A stretch of 60,107 nt of DNA, from IMG/VR virus record IMGVR_UViG_2974779775_000001, positions 1 through 60,107 of that record; one strand, written 5' to 3'. Shown piece by piece: positions 8,001 to 14,796 of this stretch (positions are counted from its first letter, which is position 1; each line of letters opens with the position of its first letter). This stretch comes from Samistivirus egole (taxonomy: Duplodnaviria; Heunggongvirae; Uroviricota; Caudoviricetes). The position numbers and the translations under genes are program-made. The notes below the pieces were generated by a model. The model was given only the letters and a program-made list of their open reading frames with translations, was not told the DNA's origin and did not search any database.

Positions 8001-8045
8001 GATGCATCCTCTCTTCCGGGAGTTTTTCTCCCTTTCGATGCTCTA

Positions 8046-8074
8046 ACTCTACACCATCAGACAGACAGAATCAA
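8046..8074 (-). promoter_or_regulatory. Early promoter
   Basis: TTGATT-N17-TAGAGT-N6-ATCGAAAGGG. Confidence 0.75.
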
Positions 8075-8121
8075 GACTGTCGGGCCCCGACACGGGCCCC
8101 GAAGGGCCCGGCGGGAAGGTG

Positions 8122-8406
8122 TTACTTCTTGGCCTTGGCGCGCTTGTTGCTGTGGTTGCCGTTCATGAGGGCCGTGAAGTCCAGCATGATGTTCTGCTTG
8201 AAGTTGGTCGCTCCGTGGAACTTGCCGTCCTGGTCACGGATGACGATGCGGACCTCGGTGGAGTCGCTGCCCGGAGTGGTCTTCCAGGTCTCCAGACGGA
8301 TGCTGTAGGTGCTCTTGGAGCCCTTGACCTTGAAGCCCTCGGAGATGGTGACGCTGGAGACGATGTTGTGGTTGACGTCGGTCGCCTTGCGAAGGGTAAC
8401 AGCCAC
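8122..8406 (-). CDS. Basic hypothetical protein
   Basis: 94 aa, GTG start with AGGAG RBS. Confidence 0.8.
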   Translation of the reverse strand: MAVTLRKATDVNHNIVSSVTISEGFKVKGSKSTYSIRLETWKTTPGSDSTEVRIVIRDQDGKFHGATNFKQNIMLDFTALMNGNHSNKRAKAKK

Positions 8407-8458
8407 GGTGACTCCTAAGTCTCTGCTAGGGGTTTCTTTCCCCCTTGCTGATAGCTAA

Positions 8459-8487
8459 AGTCTACACGACTCAGCCGACAAGTACAA
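8459..8487 (-). promoter_or_regulatory. Early promoter
   Basis: TTGTAC-N17-TAGACT. Confidence 0.75.
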
Positions 8488-8548
8488 CCCATGAAATTAT
8501 GTCCGAAATGTCTGTCGGAGCCGGACAGGGGCCCGAAGGCCCCTCCCG

Positions 8549-8875
8549 TCAGTCTGCCAGGATGGCGGCCAGACGCTCACGCTGCGCACGGTCATGCGCA
8601 CCGGAACGGCTCGCGTACTCCTGGAACTCGGAGACGGTTTCGACGGAGAAGTGTCCGTTTTCGTCCAGCTTGGCCACACGAACGGTGTAGCGTCGGGCGT
8701 AGTCGTCGTTCCGCTCCGAAGAGACGAAGAACATGGACTGTCCGTCGATGGTGCTGTAGCACATGTCCGAAATGCGCGACTTCCACCACCGCATGGTAGA
8801 AGCGGAGAAGAAGTGGTTGCCCTGGTCCTTGGCGATGGCCTTGGCGTCCTCGATGCTGAACAGAACCTTACGCAT
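8549..8875 (-). CDS. Hypothetical phage protein (GNHFFS..TMRWW.SR family)
   Basis: 108 aa from MRKVLF; GAGGA RBS; own promoter. Confidence 0.8.
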   Translation of the reverse strand: MRKVLFSIEDAKAIAKDQGNHFFSASTMRWWKSRISDMCYSTIDGQSMFFVSSERNDDYARRYTVRVAKLDENGHFSVETVSEFQEYASRSGAHDRAQRERLAAILAD

Positions 8876-8904
8876 TTGGGGTTCCTCTCCCTCGGTGTAA
8901 GACG

Positions 8905-8933
8905 AGTCTATCAGAGACAAGGGACATGCACAA
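8905..8933 (-). promoter_or_regulatory. Early promoter
   Basis: TTGTGC-N17-TAGACT. Confidence 0.7.
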
Positions 8934-8990
8934 CACCTACCGGGCCTTTTTGAAAATGTCCGACCCCGACAGGGCCCGAAGGCCCCTCTG

Positions 8991-9305
8991 TCAGGATTCG
9001 ATGGACTTCTGACGCTCACGCGGGAGCGCAGCCACCTCCGTGATGATTTCGGTCAGACGCTCCTCATCGACCCACCCCTCAACGGAGTCATCCAACACGC
9101 CATTGTCGTCAGGCATGTTGCCCTCGGGGTCGAAGATTCCGCATTCGACTCCGTAGGTTCCGTACGCCTTGACGACCGACAGACGCCATCCGTTCTCGTA
9201 GTTGACGTAGAAGTGGATGCCCGTTCCGTTCTCACCGTGACGCGGACCGAAAGTGACCTTTGCACCCGGAGCAACGTCACGCGCGATGTTGGCAAGCTCA
9301 CTCAT
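8991..9305 (-). CDS. Hypothetical phage protein
   Basis: 104 aa from MSELAN; own promoter, followed by a hairpin. Confidence 0.8.
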   Translation of the reverse strand: MSELANIARDVAPGAKVTFGPRHGENGTGIHFYVNYENGWRLSVVKAYGTYGVECGIFDPEGNMPDDNGVLDDSVEGWVDEERLTEIITEVAALPRERQKSIES

Positions 9306-9336
9306 GGTCTTTCCCTTCGTCGTTTTCGTTAGCACT

Positions 9337-9365
9337 AGTCTAGCAGTCGGATTTTTGAGTCGCAA
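9337..9365 (-). promoter_or_regulatory. Early promoter
   Basis: TTGCGA-N17-TAGACT. Confidence 0.7.
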
Positions 9366-9446
9366 CCCCTCAGACCGATTTTTTAGTCTGTGGGCAAAAT
9401 GTCTGTTTTTTTAGTCGGGGGCGGACGCCCCGAAGGGCTAGCCGCC

Positions 9447-9758
9447 TTACTCCCAGGGCCGGTAGTCAGACCAGTCGGAACCCTCGTGATTCTGAATTTC
9501 GACGGTCACCGTGTCACCCAAACGGTGATTCACGCTGTACAGGGAACGGCTGGAGCCCTGGTAACGCCTCTGGGCCTTTGCCCACTTGACCAGCTTCTCA
9601 GCCTGCTTACGGGAACGGCAGGGCCATGCCTCGATGCACTCTCCGTAGTTGTACCACCATCCGCCCTCTTCCGAGCCACCACAGGCCCGGTCCACCAGAT
9701 GAATGTTCACCCAGTGCTTGTTCCGACGACGCTGACCCATACGCAGACCCTTGGCCAT
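9447..9758 (-). CDS. Hypothetical phage protein (R.CGG.EEGGWWY motif)
   Basis: 103 aa, AAGGAGG RBS. Confidence 0.8.
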   Translation of the reverse strand: MAKGLRMGQRRRNKHWVNIHLVDRACGGSEEGGWWYNYGECIEAWPCRSRKQAEKLVKWAKAQRRYQGSSRSLYSVNHRLGDTVTVEIQNHEGSDWSDYRPWE

Positions 9759-9782
9759 TTCCGCCTCCTTGTTGATGACCTA

Positions 9783-9811
9783 AGTCTAACAGAAGCCTAG
9801 GACAGATTCAA
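9783..9811 (-). promoter_or_regulatory. Early promoter
   Basis: TTGAAT-N17-TAGACT. Confidence 0.75.
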
Positions 9812-9866
9812 TATGCTTGCCAGGATGTACAGTGATTGTCGGACCCGGACAAAAAAATTCGCCTAC

Positions 9867-9927
9867 AAATTCACCCCTCTTTTCTAAGGGAATCTGGGAA
9901 GAAATCCTTGAAAAGAGGGGTGAATTT
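9867..9927. repeat. Perfect 18-bp inverted repeat with a 25-nt spacer in an AT-rich non-coding tract
   Basis: AAATTCACCCCTCTTTTC (9867-9884) / GAAAAGAGGGGTGAATTT (9910-9927). Confidence 0.85.
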
Positions 9928-10181
9928 TTTCTGCGAATGTTTTTCGAAGGTCAGATTGCGACTTTTTCGTCTTTTCCTGCCTCACAAAGGCAGTATTTCG
10001 AATGTGTCGCCTCGATTGCGACAAAGCCGCTTTCCTGATACCTCGAAAGAAGGTTGGCCAGAAGGGACGAGTTGAAAACCGGTGTTTTGGATTTCAGCCC
10101 GTCCCTTTCCAGCAAAAGGGACATACTGTGGAATCGAACCTGAGAAACAGCCTTTTTCCGCATTATGCCCCCCCCTACTGC

Positions 10182-10328
10182 CTAGGCCAGTTCGGACATG
10201 TGCGGGTAGGCGTCCCAGTCGAAGCCGTCCACACGGTCACCATCCTGCACATCGGACACAGGCACCGTGATGGTGGTGAAGACACCAGCGTCGCTGGCCT
10301 GCTCAAGAAGGGTACGGAGGTCAGTCAT
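10182..10328 (-). CDS. Small acidic hypothetical protein (48 aa, MTDLRTLLEQASDAG...)
   Basis: Translated by hand; purine-rich RBS and own promoter; not in the ORF track. Confidence 0.7.
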   Translation of the reverse strand: MTDLRTLLEQASDAGVFTTITVPVSDVQDGDRVDGFDWDAYPHMSELA

Positions 10329-10359
10329 GTTCTTCCTTCTTCCTCTTGGTGATAGCTCT

Positions 10360-10388
10360 AGTCTAGTCTACGTACATGGGGGATGCAA
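10360..10388 (-). promoter_or_regulatory. Early promoter
   Basis: TTGCAT-N17-TAGACT. Confidence 0.7.
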
Positions 10389-10448
10389 GCCCTAGATGTT
10401 CCGGGAATTTTCAGCGCCTATCGTACACGCGCGGGGGAAATGTGGGGT

Positions 10449-10575
10449 ATGTACTTAATGTACCTTAATAGGGCCTATGTACCATATGTCCGATATGTAC
10501 CATGCGTACCTGTATGTACCCATATAGCAGGATATATCCCCTATCCTCCCTATGTACCGAATGTCCGATATGCCC
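10449..10575 (+). repeat. Phased hexamer array ATGTAC/ATGTCC with ~9-10 bp periodicity
   Basis: Hexamers at 10449, 10458, 10477, 10486, 10495, (10504), 10514, 10552, 10561 and 10570. Confidence 0.75.
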
Positions 10576-10691
10576 GTTTGTCGGGGACGGACTGTTACAC
10601 ATCCGTTATCTAAGAAACCCTGTTTTGGTGGTTTGGCGGGCCCTGACTAGGGCATGATGTAGGCATAGCCACTACGGACCAGGGAGACACA

Positions 10692-11153
10692 GTGAACGCC
10701 ACCACCGCCACCCACACCAACACCCACACTGACGGCCGGACCTGCACCTACAGCACGGAAAAGGCCACAAACGCCCGTGTGCGTAGGCAGGTGCTCGCTA
10801 CGGTCCTGTACCTGGCTAGCCTTACGGGAGACAGTGACGGGGCCACATGGGCTAACTGTGTGGGGTGTGGGGAGCGTGCCCACGTGGGTGGTACGCCTAG
10901 GGCCATGGACACGTTCAACCTTGGCCACGTGCACAGTGATGCTGAGGGTGGCATGTGGTGCGTGTGCAACTTCCTTCCCCTGTGCAGGCAGTGCAACGTA
11001 GACATGGGCAAGGAACACATGATGGACCTTCTCACCCCGATGTATGACAATCGGGACATGTGGGACGGTAAGCTCCTCAAGGACACCGGGGCTGAGGTTG
11101 CACCCATGGACAACCGAGGACGTGCCCGCTGGAACGCCCCCACGGGCCGCTAA
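10692..11153 (+). CDS. HNH-family endonuclease-like protein
   Basis: CVGC...LGHV...NFLPLCRQCN zinc/HNH pattern; GGGAG RBS before the GTG. Confidence 0.7.
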   Translation: MNATTATHTNTHTDGRTCTYSTEKATNARVRRQVLATVLYLASLTGDSDGATWANCVGCGERAHVGGTPRAMDTFNLGHVHSDAEGGMWCVCNFLPLCRQCNVDMGKEHMMDLLTPMYDNRDMWDGKLLKDTGAEVAPMDNRGRARWNAPTGR

Positions 11154-11167
11154 GCGGCTTTGAGAGT

Positions 11168-11196
11168 AGCCCCTAGGACGTAGTGGCCTAGGGGCT
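11168..11196. terminator. Hairpin at the convergence of the early HNH gene and the leftward operon
   Basis: AGCCCCTAGG-N9-CCTAGGGGCT then CTTTC. Confidence 0.65.
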
Positions 11197-11391
11197 CTTT
11201 CATGCCCTCAGACGGGCCCTCAGCCCTTTTGAAAACGGCTTTCAACTAGGGTGGAACCTTCCCCGGAACCTTCCCGCAAGAGAATGTCAAGGGATATGGG
11301 CGCACTATCTGGATTGTTACAAAGGTATGCGAAGCATGTATCGTACAACATCAAAAATTACTAACATTTCGCACACCTTTTAATGTAACAA

Positions 11392-11628
11392 TTAGGTAAC
11401 GTCGGGGTCGGACTCTTCCTCATCCATTACGAATGATGGGGGAGGAGAGAACGTCTTTCCCGCAGAATGGGCGTCGAATACGGCTTTCGCTTCGTCAGGA
11501 TTTACAGCACGAGCAATGCACATCATTACGTCGTAGATACGAAACAACATGATTGTCTGTACTATCTCTGATGCATCCTCTGCGAATACATCTTGAGGCT
11601 CGTTGTCACTGTTCATCTTGTCTGTCAT
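11392..11628 (-). CDS. Hypothetical protein
   Basis: Acidic ORF overlapping the thyX stop; start 11628 or 11616. Confidence 0.7.
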   Translation of the reverse strand: MTDKMNSDNEPQDVFAEDASEIVQTIMLFRIYDVMMCIARAVNPDEAKAVFDAHSAGKTFSPPPSFVMDEEESDPDVT

Positions 11629-12391
11629 TCCCAAATGGTTTGAGAGCGACAGGGAATTCAGGAACAATGAGGTCACGAACGGCCTGCGCATACTGCTGAA
11701 TTTCGTACTGTGCCTTGTGCTCTAGTCTTTCATTGAGAAAATGCATTACTGCTGCAAGGCTGGTAGTCCAACGCCATCTTACATACATACCATATGCGGG
11801 GAGGAATAGTCTTGCTTGTTCCGGCGCGATTCCTGCTCGCATAGCAGTCTCGTATAGTTCCTGGCCTTCTTCGATGTAATCGGCCAGAGCACCTGTCCAA
11901 TAGTCACCGTATTCAGGCTGACATCCGACAACCTTCTGATTTGGCGTTTCTGCTGGAAGAGGCTCACCACTTCCTTGCTTGCTATTAGCGGGCTTTGAAC
12001 GCCATTCGTTCTCTGCTGGCATGTGGAATGTAGGGTCTTCTGTTACATACCTTCTTGATGATTCATTCCAGCCTATCTGGTCATCAAGGGCTGTACTGGC
12101 AACAGTGTACTTCCACCACTGCCGGGCCACAAATAGTGGCGCATATACTTCAAATGTCAGTGCAACATGACGAAAAGGAGAGTATTCCTTGTTTCTGACT
12201 AGGAAATTAATCAGTCTTTCATCCTTGTCAGAGAACTCGGCACTCTCCTTCGCGTAACTTACTCGTGCTGCATTGACGATTGAAAGGTCTGTACCCATGT
12301 GGTCTACGAGTCTTACGTATCCCTGGTCCAGTACATCAATCTTCGTCAACGTCCATCCATCCTTGTTCTTCAAAAGCGGTAACCCAGTCAC
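11606..12391 (-). CDS. thyX: FAD-dependent thymidylate synthase ThyX
   Basis: YVRLVDHMG.DLSIVNAARVSY, PF.H..LTFEVYAPLFVARQW, NESSRRY, PEQARLFLP, HFLNERL...AQYEI motifs. Confidence 0.92.
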   Translation of the reverse strand: MTGLPLLKNKDGWTLTKIDVLDQGYVRLVDHMGTDLSIVNAARVSYAKESAEFSDKDERLINFLVRNKEYSPFRHVALTFEVYAPLFVARQWWKYTVASTALDDQIGWNESSRRYVTEDPTFHMPAENEWRSKPANSKQGSGEPLPAETPNQKVVGCQPEYGDYWTGALADYIEEGQELYETAMRAGIAPEQARLFLPAYGMYVRWRWTTSLAAVMHFLNERLEHKAQYEIQQYAQAVRDLIVPEFPVALKPFGNDRQDEQ

Positions 12392-12578
12392 TCGCTGGCA
12401 AATCTGATGGCACGAATTCTACCTTGAAGGTGTGAATTATGCCTGTTTCTCGTTCTCGTACTGCAAAATGGTTACCCACAAAAGTGATATCGTGGGTGTC
12501 TTCCATGTGGTTCATGTTGTTGTAAATGTCTTCGAATAGGAAGAGGTCAAGAATCTCTTGTGCACGTTCTCTTGTCAC
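12336..12578 (-). CDS. Hypothetical protein
   Basis: 80-aa ORF in a tightly packed operon. Confidence 0.7.
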   Translation of the reverse strand: MTRERAQEILDLFLFEDIYNNMNHMEDTHDITFVGNHFAVRERETGIIHTFKVEFVPSDLPASDWVTAFEEQGWMDVDED

Positions 12579-12739
12579 TTTAGATTCTCAATCTCTCCAT
12601 CGAGCCGGGCAATTTCGCGCTTGTAGCGCTGCTCAAGAATTCTGTTTCCAGCACTCTTGGCCTTTTCCATTCCACGAGCTGCGTTCCTACGCTGCTCGTA
12701 CAGGCTATTGAGAGCCTTCTTAACGTCCTTGTCGGTCAT
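12575..12739 (-). CDS. Hypothetical coiled-coil protein (54 aa, MTDKDVKKALNS...)
   Basis: Translated by hand; TGA overlaps the next GTG. Confidence 0.65.
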   Translation of the reverse strand: MTDKDVKKALNSLYEQRRNAARGMEKAKSAGNRILEQRYKREIARLDGEIENLK

Positions 12740-12878
12740 TTGCTATCAGCCATTCCTGTAGGGCGTATATCTCGGTCGCTATCTGCTTACCGCGCGGAGT
12801 GCTTCTGTGCTTCAAGTATTCGACCTTGAGATTAGCAAGTCTCTTCTCTGCTTCGTCCTTGTTCTTGGGGCTGCTCAT
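12720..12878 (-). CDS. Hypothetical protein (52 aa, MSSPKNKDEAEKRL...)
   Basis: Translated by hand; start overlaps the upstream stop. Confidence 0.6.
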   Translation of the reverse strand: MSSPKNKDEAEKRLANLKVEYLKHRSTPRGKQIATEIYALQEWLIANDRQGR

Positions 12879-13195
12879 ATGTTATTCCTGTCAAGGATGC
12901 CGTGTACGTAGTCGGCATCTATATCGTCGTAGTTAGACAGCATTCTTAGTTCTGCTGTCGCTTCCTTGTACCGGCGATTTTCTGACAGATAGTTGTCAGC
13001 ATCATTAGCCCACCGGTAGGCATCTTTGCGAAGTGCTAGGAACTTCTCTCGGGGAATCTCTTCATCGGGCAGGATATCAAATTCAACCCATACTGAATAC
13101 TCCTCTTCTGTCATTCCTAGAAACTCGTGGAGTGACATTTCTGTGTCACTGTCATGCCACTTGTCCACGAGGTCTTCTAGTTGTCCTCTGTTCAT
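12875..13195 (-). CDS. Hypothetical protein
   Basis: 106 aa; LHEFLGMTEEEY..W motif typical of phage proteins. Confidence 0.75.
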   Translation of the reverse strand: MNRGQLEDLVDKWHDSDTEMSLHEFLGMTEEEYSVWVEFDILPDEEIPREKFLALRKDAYRWANDADNYLSENRRYKEATAELRMLSNYDDIDADYVHGILDRNNI

Positions 13196-13199
13196 GTCC

Positions 13200-14057
13200 T
13201 CAGTTTGTCACATGTCCTGGGACATTGTCAAGACGTGACACTGCCTTGTTCACTGTGTTCACCGGGACATCTGTCCCCTTGATGTCACAAATCTGCTTGT
13301 GCAATTCTTTTCTGTCCGTGACACCCTTGTCCCATAGCTCTCTAACCAGGGCGGACACTGACTTGTCCTTGTTTGTCACCGCTGTCTCTGTCACCTTTTT
13401 TGTCCCTGGGACATTGTCCGTGACAGGAATATCCGGTGACGTGACAGAAAATGTCTTGTCCTCTGTCTTTGCCACCTTGTCCTTTTTGTCACCTGTCTTG
13501 TCCTTTGTCCTCTTTCTGTCCAGAGGCTGTCCAGTGACATTTGTGACGGCTTCATTCAGACGGAAGAATACCACATCCTTGAAGCCACGGAAAGTCTTGC
13601 CTGGGAAGATAAGCCAGCTAATCTTACCAAACACTGGCATACGCTTAGGAACAAGACCCATTGAGCGCATCTCGCTTCGGTGAACAAAGCGCAGATAAAG
13701 CTCGAAAAGGATTCCGGCAATAACTGGTGGTGCTCCAAAAAGAACCATTCCAGGGATGCCATAGGATAGCAGGATGGCGTGCTCTACGTTGAGGTAGACA
13801 GACGCACCAACGAACAGATATGTTGCTAGTTTTGTTGCAAGGCCAGAATCTTCTGTTCTGGCATACTTTGAGGCAAGGTCAGCTACAAACAGAGCTGCGC
13901 CATCAAAAGCCGCGCTTACACCGATAGCAAGAATCTGGGGCACGCCATAGAACGTAATTGCGAGCGAATAGAGACTCCACCAAGATAGTGCGAGGCTTAC
14001 AACAAGCACAATCGCAAAGCCGAGCCAACCAACCTTGAATTTCTTAAGATATTTCAT
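13200..14057 (-). CDS. DUF2637-like membrane protein with a C-terminal putative HTH (Spd-like)
   Basis: Four N-terminal hydrophobic helices (LALSWWSL, AAFDGAAL, SVYLNVEHA), a low-complexity linker and a helical C-terminal domain. GAGGAG RBS at 14057. Confidence 0.7.
   Translation of the reverse strand: MKYLKKFKVGWLGFAIVLVVSLALSWWSLYSLAITFYGVPQILAIGVSAAFDGAALFVADLASKYARTEDSGLATKLATYLFVGASVYLNVEHAILLSYGIPGMVLFGAPPVIAGILFELYLRFVHRSEMRSMGLVPKRMPVFGKISWLIFPGKTFRGFKDVVFFRLNEAVTNVTGQPLDRKRTKDKTGDKKDKVAKTEDKTFSVTSPDIPVTDNVPGTKKVTETAVTNKDKSVSALVRELWDKGVTDRKELHKQICDIKGTDVPVNTVNKAVSRLDNVPGHVTN
13206..13540. repeat. Dense TGTC/GACA repeat field inside the 3' half of the DUF2637-like gene
   Basis: About 32 TGTC or GACA by hand count in ~335 bp, including TGTCCC-T-GGGACA (13401), TGTCC-TG-GGACA (13213) and GGGACA-TC-TGTCCC (13264). 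Confidence 0.85.
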
Positions 14058-14796
14058 TAGCCCTCTCCTCTGTGATAGGCTTGTCGTCCTTCCATCCGAC
14101 GATGATTGTATTTGGTCTATAATCAGTTTCGTGCAGATGCTTCTTTGAACTATTGCATGACTTACATAGAATTTGGAAGTTTCTGAAAGAGTGCTCTCCA
14201 CCCAAATAGAGGGGAACAATATGGTCTAGAGTTAGAATGCTGTCTGACGTGCATTCAGGATTGAGACAGACATTGCCGTAGAAATCCTTAACGATTGTCA
14301 TGTAGTCTCTAGGAAGAGGTTCAACCGTTCCTGCACGTTTTGCAGCGAAGTACCTTGCATTGTTTCCTCTGACAATATCCCTATTGTTCTCAACCCATCT
14401 ACGAGTGTTCTCTTTTCTTCTTTCAGGATTGCTTTGATGCCATCGTCTGTTCTTTTCTCTAGCGGCCTCTGGATTATTCTTATGCCATTCGTGGTTCTTT
14501 TGCTTAACCTTATCCGGATTAGCTAGTCTCCAACGGCGGGTGGCTTCCCTATTTGGCTCAGGATTGACTGCCCTCCTGGCTCTCGCTTGGGCATTCTTCT
14601 TTTCTCGGTTACGCTCGGTCCATTCGCGCTCATATTGTCTGAACTTATCTGGATTAGCTTCACGAGCCTTCTTGCGTTTAATCTTGGCGCATTCGAGGCA
14701 GTGCCCCTTCAATTTTATCGTGCCATCTGCCCTCTTTCCGTCCTTTCCAAATTCGGACAGCCCTTTAGACAGACCGCAGCTATTGCATGTCTTCAT
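14044..14796 (-). CDS. HNH homing endonuclease with N-terminal zinc finger and repeated W...NPE/NP helices
   Basis: CNSC...CLEC; C-terminal LTLDHIVPLYLGGEHSFRNFQILCKSCNSSK. Confidence 0.88.
   Translation of the reverse strand: MKTCNSCGLSKGLSEFGKDGKRADGTIKLKGHCLECAKIKRKKAREANPDKFRQYEREWTERNREKKNAQARARRAVNPEPNREATRRWRLANPDKVKQKNHEWHKNNPEAAREKNRRWHQSNPERRKENTRRWVENNRDIVRGNNARYFAAKRAGTVEPLPRDYMTIVKDFYGNVCLNPECTSDSILTLDHIVPLYLGGEHSFRNFQILCKSCNSSKKHLHETDYRPNTIIVGWKDDKPITEERANEIS

Larger units (their letters stand above)
1183..9440 (-). terminator. Series of GC-rich gene-end hairpins, mostly C-UUCG-G loops, without long U tracts
   Basis: Examples at 1183-1198, 2800-2820, 3382-3399, 5163-5178, 6301-6318, 6867-6884, 8093-8110, ~8528, ~8972 and ~9426, each directly after a stop codon. 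Confidence 0.7.
749..10593. repeat. Dispersed 15-bp imperfect palindrome TGTCSG-N3-CSGACA, 16 copies (operator- or recombination-site-like)
   Basis: Copies start at 749, 1173, 1571, 2780, 3368, 3932, 5148, 6279, 6849, 7596, 8078, 8513, 8957, 9413, 9837 and 10579. All are intergenic; most lie between a gene-end hairpin and the next -35. Confidence 0.9.

Noticed and set aside
2070-8168. Long plus-strand ORFs (2070-2708, 2727-3299, 3350-3904, 4425-5036, 7410-8168)
   Set aside because: Antisense shadows of GC3-rich minus-strand genes; no RBS or promoter, and they cross intergenic hairpins.
9951-10163. 70-aa minus-strand ORF in the AT-rich island
   Set aside because: Codon usage is unlike neighbouring genes, with no promoter/RBS cassette signature.
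749-10593. CRISPR array or integron attC interpretation of the repeated intergenic units
   Set aside because: Repeats are short, degenerate and separated by whole genes. No cas or integrase gene is in the window, and no attC-style R/L box structure was seen.
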